From the NCBI GenBank assembly GCA_965208105.1, contig OZ242318.1:2368001-2432000 (forward strand): a stretch of 64,000 nt of DNA, given 5' to 3'. Source of the DNA: Candidatus Latescibacterota bacterium. GTDB lineage: Bacteria; Latescibacterota; UBA2968; UBA8231. Of this stretch, positions 40,654 through 50,819 are shown piece after piece (within the stretch, counting starts at the first letter, position 1; each line of letters opens with the position of its first letter). A model generated the notes under the pieces. That model made no database searches. It saw only the letters and a program-made list of their open reading frames with translations, and was not told the DNA's origin. A program made the translations under genes and the position numbers.

Positions 40654-41373
40654 GTGGTGAAAAACATTGACATGGTCGTCTTCGACATGGCCGGCACCAC
40701 CGTCGACGAGGGCGGGACCGTATACCGAACCCTGCAGCGCGCCCTCAGGCGGGGAGGCCACGACTTCGAATACGACGAAATCCTCCAGGCAGCCGGAAGA
40801 TCCAAGTTCTCCGCCATCGAACAACTGCTGGGATTGCGCATGGATGCGGTTGACCGGGAATTGTCCGAGAAGATCCACGAGGACTTCCGTCAACTGATCC
40901 TGACCACCTATCTGGAGGAGGGGGTTTCAGAACAGCCAGGAGCAAGCGAGGTGTTCCGCCTCCTCAAAGGAAGGGGGGTTCGGATCGTCCTCAACACGGG
41001 ATACGACCGACAGACCGCAGACACCATTCTGGATGGCCTGGGCTGGAAGGACGACGGCACGGTTGACCTGACGGTGACCAGTGACGATGTCGCCCGGGGA
41101 AGACCCAGCCCTGAAATGATTATCATGGCGATGTCTCGTCTTGGAATGGAGGACCCCGGCAAGGTAGCCAAGGTAGGTGACTCGAAAGCGGATATCGAGG
41201 AAGGTCTGGCAGCAGGATGCGGCCTAGTCGTCGGAGTGACGACCGGAGCGCACACCCGGCCGCAGTTGCAGGCGGCCGGGGCGGCCGCGGTGATCGACAG
41301 TCTGGAAGAGCTGCCGCCGCTCCTCCGGTTGCAGGTCGGCGGCAGCGGACTCGACCGACCAGATGGGTTGTGA
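40654..41373 (+). CDS. HAD-superfamily phosphonatase-like hydrolase
   Basis: FDMAGTTVD, LNTG, GRPSPEMI and KVGDS..DIEEG motifs. Confidence 0.88.
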   Translation: MVKNIDMVVFDMAGTTVDEGGTVYRTLQRALRRGGHDFEYDEILQAAGRSKFSAIEQLLGLRMDAVDRELSEKIHEDFRQLILTTYLEEGVSEQPGASEVFRLLKGRGVRIVLNTGYDRQTADTILDGLGWKDDGTVDLTVTSDDVARGRPSPEMIIMAMSRLGMEDPGKVAKVGDSKADIEEGLAAGCGLVVGVTTGAHTRPQLQAAGAAAVIDSLEELPPLLRLQVGGSGLDRPDGL

Positions 41374-41456
41374 GACAAGGTCCGGCGGCAGAGAACTCTT
41401 CCCCGGTCCCCGGTCGACCCAGGGACGAACCGGGACAGAAATCGATCGATGCCTCA

Positions 41457-43289
41457 ATGCGAATGCCGCACTCGTTACTTTCCGCTTCGAGTATAATCTT
41501 CCTCTTGTCACTCGGCTGCAAGGACGCCTCCGACGAGTGGTCCCACGCCGCTGATGTGCACACGACCGGGCGAGCCGGCCCACCCTGGTTCGAAGAAGTG
41601 GCAAAGGAAAGAGGAATTGACTTCGTCTTCCGCTCCGGACACACCGAGCACTACTACATGCCTGAAATTATGGCCGGTGGTGCGGCACTGTTCGACATGG
41701 ACATGGACGGAGACCTCGATGCCTATCTGATTCAAGGAGGCCACCTGGACACCGGGGGCCTCCCCGGCCAGGGCAACCAGCTCTACCGCAATTCGGGCGA
41801 CGGCCGCTTCGAGAACGTCACCTCCGGAAGCGGCGCCGACGACCGCGGCTACGGGATGGGCGCCGCAACGGGAGACTACGACAATGACGGCGATACCGAT
41901 CTCTACGTGACCAACGTCGGCGCGGACGTCCTGCTTCGAAACGACGGCCGCGGACTCTTCACCGACGTCACCGCCGAATCCCGGTTGGGGAACGGGAGCT
42001 GGGGCGCAAGCGCCGCCTTTCTCGACTACGACAGGGACGGCGACCTCGATTTGTTCGTCACCAATTACGTCGGCTGGTCCAGGGCCATCGAACGAACCTG
42101 CGTCAACCCTCTGGGAGACCCGGACTACTGCCACCCCCTGGAATACGACGCTCCGACAACGGACGTGCTCTACCGAAACCAGGGCGACGGGACCTTTGCC
42201 GACGTGACCGTGAAGTCGGGATTGGCTTCGGCCAGGGGCAATGGCCTCGGGGTGGTTTGCGGCGACTTCGATGGCGATGGCTGGACCGACATCTTCGTGG
42301 CCAATGACAGCAACATGGACCATTTGTGGCTGAACAGGAGAGATGGCACTTTCGTCGACCATGCCCTGCTTCGAGGCTGTGCCCTGGACGAAACCGGCAA
42401 CGCCAAAGCAGGTATGGGCGTCAGTGCGGTCGATGTCGACGACAACGGCGCTCTCGACCTGCTGGTAGTCAATCTCCAGAGTGAGACGGATTCTTTCTTT
42501 CTCAACCAGGGAGACTATTTCACCGACGCCACCGCAGTCCTGGGGCTGGCCTGGGGCAGCGATGTATTCACCCGCTTCGGGGTCGGGATTCACGACTTCG
42601 ACAACGATGGGCTGCTCGACCTCTACGAGGTCAGCGGCGGGATCGTCAAAAGCAGTTCCGCGGCGCCCCATGCGGATCCCTTTGCCGAACCCAACCTGCT
42701 CTTTCGGGGCAAACCCGGTGTCCGGTTCGAGGAGGTCCTCCCCAGCGGAGGCACCTCCGATCTCCTGGTGGGGACCAGCCGCGGCGCGGCGTTCGGAGAC
42801 GTCGACAACGACGGTGGAATGGATGTCCTCGTGGTCAACCGCGACGCTCGGGCCTACCTGCTCCACAACATCGTCGCGGAGCGGGGAAACTGGCTGGCCT
42901 TCCTGGTTCTGGGCCCCCGAGACAGTCCCGCCTTGGGCGCCAGGGTCAGGTTTATGGTCGACGGCACCGAAAAGACGCGCGAAATCAGAACGGCCTACAG
43001 TTATCTCGCCGCCAACACCCCTCGCCTGCACGTGGGTCTGGGCGCCGCGGAGCGGGTGTCCGCCGTGGTGGTGCAGTGGACCGACGGGCGGAGCGAGCGA
43101 TTCGGCGACTTTGCCGCCAATCAGGTAGTCACCCTGCGACAAGGGGAGGGGCGCTCCGCTTCCACGAGCAACTCCCTTCCGGAATCCTCGAAGGGGATGA
43201 CCGGACCAGGTATATCTCCAACGGAAGACTCCGCACAACCGCCAGGGAGCCAGGCTGTCGGCGGGGAATTCCTGCCAACCTCCCCATAA
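41457..43289 (+). CDS. CRTAC1-like lipoprotein (FG-GAP/VCBS repeats + ASPIC/UnbV), copy 1
   Basis: Lipobox LSLGC; repeated D.D.DG..DL motifs; SRGAAFGDVDNDG, GNWL, SYLAAN.PRLHVGLG and VVVQW.DG motifs. Confidence 0.9.
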   Translation: MRMPHSLLSASSIIFLLSLGCKDASDEWSHAADVHTTGRAGPPWFEEVAKERGIDFVFRSGHTEHYYMPEIMAGGAALFDMDMDGDLDAYLIQGGHLDTGGLPGQGNQLYRNSGDGRFENVTSGSGADDRGYGMGAATGDYDNDGDTDLYVTNVGADVLLRNDGRGLFTDVTAESRLGNGSWGASAAFLDYDRDGDLDLFVTNYVGWSRAIERTCVNPLGDPDYCHPLEYDAPTTDVLYRNQGDGTFADVTVKSGLASARGNGLGVVCGDFDGDGWTDIFVANDSNMDHLWLNRRDGTFVDHALLRGCALDETGNAKAGMGVSAVDVDDNGALDLLVVNLQSETDSFFLNQGDYFTDATAVLGLAWGSDVFTRFGVGIHDFDNDGLLDLYEVSGGIVKSSSAAPHADPFAEPNLLFRGKPGVRFEEVLPSGGTSDLLVGTSRGAAFGDVDNDGGMDVLVVNRDARAYLLHNIVAERGNWLAFLVLGPRDSPALGARVRFMVDGTEKTREIRTAYSYLAANTPRLHVGLGAAERVSAVVVQWTDGRSERFGDFAANQVVTLRQGEGRSASTSNSLPESSKGMTGPGISPTEDSAQPPGSQAVGGEFLPTSP

Positions 43290-43333
43290 CCTCGCCCTTT
43301 TCCACCTATCTCCCCAGGACGAGCTGCCCACAC

Positions 43334-44737
43334 ATGCGATTGGGGAAAAAATCCATTGCCCTGTTGATCGTGGCTGCCGCTGCCGTTGCAGTCGGGAGCT
43401 TGATGTTCGCACGGTCCCAGCCGTCCGCACATACCCTGCCTGAAGTGCTGGTAGGCAAGGACCCCGATCTCGTCGCCCTGGTTGAAAGGAACCTGGAAGC
43501 GATTTCGGCAGCTCCGGAGGACCCGCGCCTATGGATGGTCCTGGGCCATGTCTACGAGGCCAATGGTCTCCCCGCTCTTGCCGAGGGAAGTTACCGCAAG
43601 GCTCTTTCGATCGACCCTGACCATCCAAAGGGATGGTACCGTCTCGGGCGAATCCGGATGGCCCTGGGAAATCGGGATGGAGCTCTGGAAGCGATTGGGC
43701 GTGCAGCCGAGTTGGAGCCCAACCGTGCTCCGCTCCGCTGGCGTCTGGGCCTTTGGCAGCTGGATCAGGGACTCCTGGAACAGGCACGAGGATCCTTCGA
43801 GCGCTCCATTGCCCTGGACCCGGAGGACGCGGCCGGCTGGTGGGGCCTGGCGCGGGTCCATCTGCAGACCCATCGGCCCGAAATGGCCCTGGCGCTACTC
43901 GAGGACCTGGCGGAGAAGCGGCCCCGGGAAGCCTATACCCACCTGCTTCTGGGGACGGCCTACCGCAAGCTTGGCCGCTGGGAAGAGGCAAGAGCCGAAC
44001 TGGAAAGAGGGGCGGGAGGCGTTCCCGAGCTGCGCGACGGGTGGGACGAAGAACTGGAACGATACCGGACGGGATATCGGGTAGATGCCGCCGAAGCCAG
44101 CCGGCTCCTCGGGCTGGGGAGATTGGACGCGGCCATGAGAATATTGAAAAAACTGCAGAGTCGGCACCCGGACAACCTGGCTGTCCTCAACAACCTCGGC
44201 ACCGTCTATATGAAAATGAAGCGCCCGCGGATGGCGCTTGAACTGTTCGGCGAGGCGATGAAGAAATACCCGGAGAATATCCACCTCCATTTGAACATGG
44301 CAAACGCGTATGCCGGGTTGAATGACCAGACCCTGGCCCTCGAACACCTGGAACACGCGATTGCCCTGGACCCAAGAGTTGGAAAGGCCCATGAGAAGAA
44401 GGCCAAGATCCTGATGGCCACGGGCCGTCATCAGGCAGCAGCCGAGGCTTTCGAGCAGGCGCTCCGCTACGACTCCCACAATCCACAACTTCTCCTGTTG
44501 TCAGGTCTTGCCTGGTGCGAACTTGAAGAGTGGGTGAAGGGCCTGGCAATGTTCCAGCGGGCCGTGGAAATCGACTCAACCTATGCCCGGGCTTTCGTGG
44601 CGATTGGAGAAGCAAAGAGGAGGCTCGGAGAACTCGAAGAAGCCGAGACTGCTTTCAAACGCGCCGCCTTCCTGAATCCCCGGCTCAAACCAATCCTTGA
44701 GGACTTCCGGCAACTCGAAGCTCGAGGAGCGGAATAA
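43334..44737 (+). CDS. N-terminally anchored TPR-repeat protein, copy 1
   Basis: Hydrophobic N-terminus followed by many TPR-like repeats (ALSIDPDHPKGWY, AIALDP). Confidence 0.88.
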   Translation: MRLGKKSIALLIVAAAAVAVGSLMFARSQPSAHTLPEVLVGKDPDLVALVERNLEAISAAPEDPRLWMVLGHVYEANGLPALAEGSYRKALSIDPDHPKGWYRLGRIRMALGNRDGALEAIGRAAELEPNRAPLRWRLGLWQLDQGLLEQARGSFERSIALDPEDAAGWWGLARVHLQTHRPEMALALLEDLAEKRPREAYTHLLLGTAYRKLGRWEEARAELERGAGGVPELRDGWDEELERYRTGYRVDAAEASRLLGLGRLDAAMRILKKLQSRHPDNLAVLNNLGTVYMKMKRPRMALELFGEAMKKYPENIHLHLNMANAYAGLNDQTLALEHLEHAIALDPRVGKAHEKKAKILMATGRHQAAAEAFEQALRYDSHNPQLLLLSGLAWCELEEWVKGLAMFQRAVEIDSTYARAFVAIGEAKRRLGELEEAETAFKRAAFLNPRLKPILEDFRQLEARGAE

Positions 44738-44767
44738 TCCCCGTGGCCGCCAGCCATCCGGGACCGG

Positions 44768-47704
44768 CTAAATGGACCGGCCGAACTCGGTGAACCCCAC
44801 CAGGGTGCGCACGAAGAACGACAGGGTGTCGAACTCCGCGAACCCGTAGGCATCGTGGTCGAACTTCATCCTGTCCTGCCCGAACCCTACGATCGTCACC
44901 AGATCGTAGCCGAAATAGCGCGACCGGTTGGTGAAGGTAACAAAGGCCGTGCGCTGCTCGAAGCTGCGCTGGCTCGAGACCTTGTCGATGCGCCTGTATG
45001 GCAGAGGGCCGATCCCCTGCACCCCCGCCCGCAGCGACGTGCGCGCCGAGAGCTGGTACTCCAGCCGCACTATGGGGATAGAGCGGAACTCCGATTGCAG
45101 CCGCAGGTCCCGGCCCCGGTCCACCAGGCGCAGGGCCATCAGCTTGTATTGCCAGATCAGCCGCACCTTGCGCCAATGCCTGCTGTACTGCGCCCGCCCC
45201 ACCCAGGTCCAGAAGTCCTGCCGCCTCGCGCTCTGATAGAAACCCTGGTTGAGCCGGCCTCCCCGCTGCCAGTTGAAGCGCATCCGGAATTTCTGCACTA
45301 CCTTCAACTCCTGCCAGGGATGGACGCGGCCTTCCAGATAGGTCTCGTTGACGAAACTGTCGCGATAGTAAAGCGGGTCCAGAACGAACCGGTACCTGAT
45401 GAAGGCCGGGATCCCGGTGCCAGGGAATTCTTCCCGGATGTAGAATGGACCGCGGCCGCCGAACAATGCATCCCGGGGGCCCGCATCCACGTCGTAGGTC
45501 ATGATCTCGTCGGGGATGTCATCCTCCACGCGGCGGAGATTGTTCTCCAGGAACAGACGTCGCACCCGGCCCGGTCCCTGCCAGCGCCAGCCCAGCAGTC
45601 CATAGGTCACGCGATTGCGCCCGCCCCCGGCCATCTCCTCGACGTCGTAGCGGCCCATTGAAAACGACCAGTGAGGGCTCAGAGACCACCGGCCGAAGAG
45701 GTGGTAGCCGCGCTCATCGTGATCATAGGGGTAGTCCACCTCGCGGTCGTCCTCGCGATGGTCCGGCTCGTTGTTGTGGTTGCGGTCCAGGCCGTAGGCG
45801 TAGGTGTTGGGATCCACGTCGAACATCAGAAAAGGCTCTTCATAGTCCGGCACCCGGTTGAGATTGCGGTTGGTATCCGGCGTCCCGTCCCCGTCCTCGT
45901 CCTGTCCCATCCACACCCCGTTGAAATCCGTGCCCACCCGGTCCACGGGCACGCCCACCGGGTTGCCGTAGCGAATGTCGGGATAGACGTCGCCGTCCTC
46001 GTTGTCGTCGACCAACTGCCAGTACATGGTATCGTTGAACACCAGATCCAGGTGCTGCAGCCAGACTCCCTCTCCGTGCAGGTAGTTGCGCATCTCGGTC
46101 TGGAAGCCGGGTTTGATGGCGAAGAGCTCGGCGCCCAACAGGCCGCGGCCGAAGCGGTGCACGGCGTTGACGAAATAGGCCGAGCCCCTGTCGACAAACC
46201 GGGGAGACGCATCGAAGGCGGGATCAATCCCCATCCTCGCAGGAAAGCGTGAATACACGCTCGATCGCGCGTATTCCCCCGCAATCTCCAACCCCGGCAG
46301 ACTCAGATGCAGGTCGGCGCCGTAGACGAAGTTGGCCGTGTTCTCCCCCACTTCGAAGCGCACCCGCTCCAGGTTGGACAGATCCCGCACGTTGCCCCGG
46401 GCCCGCAGGGCCGTCTGGTAGTAGGTGCTCGAGAAGCGATCGTGATAAGCTCCGGCGCTGCTGCTCTTCACGTACAACATGGCCACGTCCACCTGGTAGT
46501 CATTGCCCAGCAGAGCCTCCACTTCCACCGACCGCAGGCTGGTCTCACCCGTCATGTCGAAGAGAAATACCAGCTCGTCGTCCCCATCGGCGCGCAGCCT
46601 CTCGTGCGGCGATTCCACCTCGAAGGTCGAGACCAGGCCGTCTATGTCTGCCGACTTGCTGACGTCGATTCCGGCCTCGTGGTCGAGCCGAAAGAGGTAG
46701 TCCGAGAAATAGGGCAACTCGCGTTCCAGGTAGAATACCTCGTTGAAGGCAGCAGTGCCCCCGGAAGAGGAAGTGAAATGGGTGTAGTTAAGGCGGGTGA
46801 AGCCGCCCAGCGCCGAGGCGAACCCCACCTGGATGGCGGGATTGGAGCGGTGGCGGACCACCTGCGGGGTAAGGTCCGGCCGCGCCTCGCCGTCGATCAC
46901 CAGTCGCACATCCTGCACGACGGCGCCGCCCGTTCCGTCGGCCGGAGAGTCGTCGGTGAAGCGCACCAGGATCCAGTCCATCAGGGGCTGGTCCGGCTTG
47001 AGCCTGCCCTTGAGGCTGTTGCCCGAGGCCTGCGAGCTCCTGTAGATATGCTGGTTTACCCAGTTGACACCCAGAGCCAGGGCTCCCAGCTGCGCCTGTG
47101 CCCGGCTCCCCAGGAGCAGGGTCGAATCGTCGGCATAGTCGATCTTCTGGCGAAAGGTCTCCGTGACCCTGTTGTTCCGGTCCTTGGGGCGTTCCACCCT
47201 GGAGGCCAAGCCCGTCCACTTCCAAAGGGGGGTGGAAAAGTCGAAACGCAAGCCGTTGAAATTCACCTTCGACAGGGTCAGCGGGGTAAATCGCGCTATG
47301 ATCGCATCGCCCACCAGCAAATTGTAGCCCCAGTTTCCGTAGCCGTCGCGGCCCGCCACCAGGTAGTCGAAGGTCGAGTGCCAAGGCCCATCGTTGGCAT
47401 CCTTGAAGATGCTGCTGCCGAACTTCTGCCCCCGGGTGCGCAACTCCTGCCACTCGTAGAGATCGTAGCCGGTCATCAGGTAGTTGCCCATGAAATCGTA
47501 GCGGGATCTCGGCGTATCGGTGTAGGGAGTTGTGTGGTTGGGATAGTTGGTGAAATGCTTCAGCGCATAGTTGCGGTAGGCCGGCCCTTCCTGGCGCAGG
47601 AAGGGCCGGGACGACACCACCTCGGACAGCAGGCGCCGTTGCCCGTCCTCTGCTGCAACGCTGCCGGCCAATAGCAGCATCACAGGGATCCAAAGAGCAA
47701 TCAC
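44768..47704 (-). CDS. Large hypothetical secreted protein (putative OM barrel with Ca-binding DxDxDG loops), paralog A
   Basis: Signal peptide from VIALWIPVMLLLAGSVAA; acidic DDNEDGDVYPD/DEDGDGTPD repeats; amphipathic C-terminal strands; near-duplicate of 47787-50807. Confidence 0.8.
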   Translation of the reverse strand: MIALWIPVMLLLAGSVAAEDGQRRLLSEVVSSRPFLRQEGPAYRNYALKHFTNYPNHTTPYTDTPRSRYDFMGNYLMTGYDLYEWQELRTRGQKFGSSIFKDANDGPWHSTFDYLVAGRDGYGNWGYNLLVGDAIIARFTPLTLSKVNFNGLRFDFSTPLWKWTGLASRVERPKDRNNRVTETFRQKIDYADDSTLLLGSRAQAQLGALALGVNWVNQHIYRSSQASGNSLKGRLKPDQPLMDWILVRFTDDSPADGTGGAVVQDVRLVIDGEARPDLTPQVVRHRSNPAIQVGFASALGGFTRLNYTHFTSSSGGTAAFNEVFYLERELPYFSDYLFRLDHEAGIDVSKSADIDGLVSTFEVESPHERLRADGDDELVFLFDMTGETSLRSVEVEALLGNDYQVDVAMLYVKSSSAGAYHDRFSSTYYQTALRARGNVRDLSNLERVRFEVGENTANFVYGADLHLSLPGLEIAGEYARSSVYSRFPARMGIDPAFDASPRFVDRGSAYFVNAVHRFGRGLLGAELFAIKPGFQTEMRNYLHGEGVWLQHLDLVFNDTMYWQLVDDNEDGDVYPDIRYGNPVGVPVDRVGTDFNGVWMGQDEDGDGTPDTNRNLNRVPDYEEPFLMFDVDPNTYAYGLDRNHNNEPDHREDDREVDYPYDHDERGYHLFGRWSLSPHWSFSMGRYDVEEMAGGGRNRVTYGLLGWRWQGPGRVRRLFLENNLRRVEDDIPDEIMTYDVDAGPRDALFGGRGPFYIREEFPGTGIPAFIRYRFVLDPLYYRDSFVNETYLEGRVHPWQELKVVQKFRMRFNWQRGGRLNQGFYQSARRQDFWTWVGRAQYSRHWRKVRLIWQYKLMALRLVDRGRDLRLQSEFRSIPIVRLEYQLSARTSLRAGVQGIGPLPYRRIDKVSSQRSFEQRTAFVTFTNRSRYFGYDLVTIVGFGQDRMKFDHDAYGFAEFDTLSFFVRTLVGFTEFGRSI

Positions 47705-47786
47705 CGTTCGACCGCTCGGCGACCTGGTGATCGAAGCACTTGGGGTTCCACCTCCTGGGCCTTTCCCGGCCAGCGATCGGGCACCA

Positions 47787-50700
47787 CTATATCGGCCTGC
47801 CGAACTCGGTGAACCCAACCAGGGTGCGCACAAAGAACGACATGGTGTCGAATTCCGCGAAATCGTAAGCCTCGAGGTCGAACTTTATGGCGTCTTTGCT
47901 GATCCCGGCGATGGTCACCAGATCGTAGCCGAAATAGCGCGACCGGTTGATCAGGGTCACGAATGCCGTGCGCTGCTCGAAACTGCGCTGGCTCGAGACG
48001 TGGTCCTTGCGCCGATAAGGCAGGGGACCGATCCCCTGCAAACCCGCCCGCAGCGTCGTGCGCTCCAGAAGCGGGTACTCCAGCCGCACTATGGGGATCG
48101 AGCGGTACTCCGATTGCAGGCGCACGTCCCGCCCCCTGTCCACCAGGCGCAGGGCCATCAGCTTGTATTGCCAGGTGAGCTGCACCTGGCGCCAACGCCA
48201 GCTGTACTGCACCCGCCCCACCCAGGTCCAGAAGTCCTGCCGCCTCGCGCCCTGGTAGTATCCCTGGTTGAGCCGGCCTCCCTGCAGCCAGTTGAAGCGC
48301 CACCGGAACTTCTGCACCACCTCCAGCCGCGGCCAGGGATGGACGCGCCCTTCCAGGTAGGTCTCGTTGACGTAGCTGTCGCGATAGTAAAGCGGGTCGA
48401 GAACGAACCGGTACCTGATGAAGGCCGGGATCCCCGTGCCGGGGTCTGCTTCTCTTGTGTAGAATGGACCGCGGCCGCCGAAAAAGGCATCCCGGGGTCC
48501 AGCGTCGGGATCGTAGGTCATGATCTCGTCGGGGATATCGTCCTGCACGTGCCGGAGGCCGTTCTCCAGAAACAGACGCCGCCAGCGGCCCGTGCCCTGC
48601 CAGCGGTAGCCCAGCAGTCCATAGGTCACGCGGTTGCGCCCGCCCCCTGCAATTTCCTCCACGTCGTAGCGGCCCATTGAAAACGACAAGTGGGGGCTCA
48701 GGTTCCACTGGCTGAACAGGTGGAAACCGCGCTCATCGTGATCATAGGGGTAGTCCACCTCGCGGTCGTCCTCGCGATGGTCCGGCTCGTTGTTGTGGTT
48801 GCGGTCCAGACCATAGGCATAGGTGTTGGGCTCCACGTCGAACATCAGAAAGGGCTCTTCGTAGTCCGGCGTCCGGTTGAGATTGCGATTGGTGTCCGGC
48901 GTCCCGTCCCCGTCCTCGTCCTGTCCCATCCACACCCCGTTCAGATCCGTACCCACCCGGTCCACCGGCACCCCCACCGCGTTTCCGTAGCGGATGTCGG
49001 GATATACGTCGCCGTCCTCGTTGTCCTCCACCAGCTGCCAGTACATGGTGTTGTTGAGCGCAAGGTCCAGGTGACCGAGCCAGAGACTCGATGCGGTGTT
49101 CAGGTAGTTGCGCATCTCGGTCTGGAAACCTGGGTTGATGGCGAAGAACTCGCCGCCCACCAGGCCGCGTCCGAAGCGGTGCACGGCATTGACGAAGTAG
49201 GCCTTACCCCTGTCGACAAACCGAGGCGATGCATCGAAGGCGGGATCTTCCCCCATTCGCCCCGGATAGCGCGAATACACGCTCGAACGCGCGTATTCCC
49301 CCGTAATCTCCAACCCGGGAAGACTCAGATGCAGGTCGGCGCTGTAGACGAAGTTGGCCGTGTTCTCCCCCACTCCGAAGCGCACCCGCTCCAGGTTGGA
49401 CAGATCCTGCACGTTGCCAGGAGACCGCAGGGTCGTCTGGTAGTAGGTGCTCGAGAGGCGATCGTGATGGGCAGTGGCACCGGTGCTCTTCACGTACAGC
49501 ATGGCCACGTCCACCTGGTAGTCATTGCCCAGCAGGGCCTCCACTTCCACAGACTGCAGGCTGGTCTCGCCCGTCATGTCGAAGAGGAAAATCAGCTCGT
49601 CCTCGCCGTCGGCGCGCAGCCTATCGTGCGGAGATTCCACCTCAAAGGTCGAGACCAGGCCGTCGACATCGGCCGCCTTGCTGACGTCGATTCCGGCCTC
49701 GTGGTCGAGCCGAAAGAGGTAGTCCGAGAAATAGGGAAACTCGCGATTCTGATAGAATATCTCGTTGAAGGCTGGAGTGCCCCCGGAAGAAGCGGAGAAA
49801 CCCCTGTAGTTGAGAGGAGTGAAGCCGCCCAGCGCCGAGGCGAACCCCACCCGGATGGTGGGATTTGAGCGGTGGCGGACCACCCGCGGAGCCAGGTCCG
49901 GCCGCGCCTCACCGTCGATCACCAGTTGCACGCCCTGGACCACGGCCCCGCCCGTCCCGTCGGTCGGCGAGTCGTCGGTAAATCGCACCAGAATCCAATC
50001 CATCAGGGGCTGGCCGGGCTTGAGCCGGCCCTTGAGGCTGTTGCCCGAGGGCTGAGCGCTCCTGTAGACATGCTGGTTTACCCAGTTGAGACCCAGGGTC
50101 AGGGCGCCCAGGTGGGTCTGCGCCCGGCTTCCGAGGAGCAGGGTCGATTCGTCGGCAAAGTGGGTCTCCCTGCGGAAGGCTTCGGTGACGGCTCGAGTGA
50201 TATCCTTGGGTCGTTCAATCCTCGACATCAGGCCGGTGAACTGCAGGCGGGGCATACTCAGATCATAACGCGCGCCGTTGAAATTCACCTTCGACAGGGT
50301 CAGGGGGGTAAACCGGGCGATCACCGCATCGCCGACGATGAGATTGTAACCCCAATCTCCGTAGCCGTCGCGACCGATCACCAGGTAGTCGAAGGTCGAA
50401 TGCCACGGGCCCTCGTTGGAATCCTTGAAGATGCTGCTGCCGAACTTCTGCCCCACCGTGCGCAGCTCCTGCCACTCGTAGAGATCGTAGCCGGTCATCA
50501 AAAAATTGCCCATGAAATCGTAGCGGGATCTCGGTGTATCGGTGTAGGGAGTGGTGTGGTTGGGATAGTTGGCGAAATGCGTCAGCGCGTAGTTGCGGTA
50601 GATCTGTCCCTCCCAGCGCAGAAAGGGCTGTGCCGTGACCACCTCGGCCAGGATGCGCTTCTGCGACGAGTCCTCCTCAGCCCCGCTCGCGGCGAAAAGC

Positions 50701-50807
50701 AGGAGCACCGGACCCCAGAGGACTAAGACCGGCAGACATGGAACCCTGGCGGTGATATTCATCATTCCTGTGTGCCCCAAAAAGCATTTCTTGAGTCGTG
50801 ACCACAT
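47787..50807 (-). CDS. Large hypothetical secreted protein (putative OM barrel with Ca-binding DxDxDG loops), paralog B
   Basis: GGAGGGG RBS; hydrophobic N-terminus; colinear with and highly similar to paralog A. Confidence 0.82.
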   Translation of the reverse strand: MWSRLKKCFLGHTGMMNITARVPCLPVLVLWGPVLLLFAASGAEEDSSQKRILAEVVTAQPFLRWEGQIYRNYALTHFANYPNHTTPYTDTPRSRYDFMGNFLMTGYDLYEWQELRTVGQKFGSSIFKDSNEGPWHSTFDYLVIGRDGYGDWGYNLIVGDAVIARFTPLTLSKVNFNGARYDLSMPRLQFTGLMSRIERPKDITRAVTEAFRRETHFADESTLLLGSRAQTHLGALTLGLNWVNQHVYRSAQPSGNSLKGRLKPGQPLMDWILVRFTDDSPTDGTGGAVVQGVQLVIDGEARPDLAPRVVRHRSNPTIRVGFASALGGFTPLNYRGFSASSGGTPAFNEIFYQNREFPYFSDYLFRLDHEAGIDVSKAADVDGLVSTFEVESPHDRLRADGEDELIFLFDMTGETSLQSVEVEALLGNDYQVDVAMLYVKSTGATAHHDRLSSTYYQTTLRSPGNVQDLSNLERVRFGVGENTANFVYSADLHLSLPGLEITGEYARSSVYSRYPGRMGEDPAFDASPRFVDRGKAYFVNAVHRFGRGLVGGEFFAINPGFQTEMRNYLNTASSLWLGHLDLALNNTMYWQLVEDNEDGDVYPDIRYGNAVGVPVDRVGTDLNGVWMGQDEDGDGTPDTNRNLNRTPDYEEPFLMFDVEPNTYAYGLDRNHNNEPDHREDDREVDYPYDHDERGFHLFSQWNLSPHLSFSMGRYDVEEIAGGGRNRVTYGLLGYRWQGTGRWRRLFLENGLRHVQDDIPDEIMTYDPDAGPRDAFFGGRGPFYTREADPGTGIPAFIRYRFVLDPLYYRDSYVNETYLEGRVHPWPRLEVVQKFRWRFNWLQGGRLNQGYYQGARRQDFWTWVGRVQYSWRWRQVQLTWQYKLMALRLVDRGRDVRLQSEYRSIPIVRLEYPLLERTTLRAGLQGIGPLPYRRKDHVSSQRSFEQRTAFVTLINRSRYFGYDLVTIAGISKDAIKFDLEAYDFAEFDTMSFFVRTLVGFTEFGRPI

Positions 50808-50819
50808 GGTGTCCCCTCC

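Noticed and set aside
41508-43991. 827-aa minus-strand ORF (likewise 51510-53381 +)
   Set aside because: Antisense to the CRTAC1/TPR genes; the composition reflects the reverse complement of Asp/Gly-rich codons
47705-47833. N-terminal extension of paralog A overlapping paralog B
   Set aside because: The signal peptide starts at VIALWIP (~47704); the extension is low-complexity and overlaps the upstream gene
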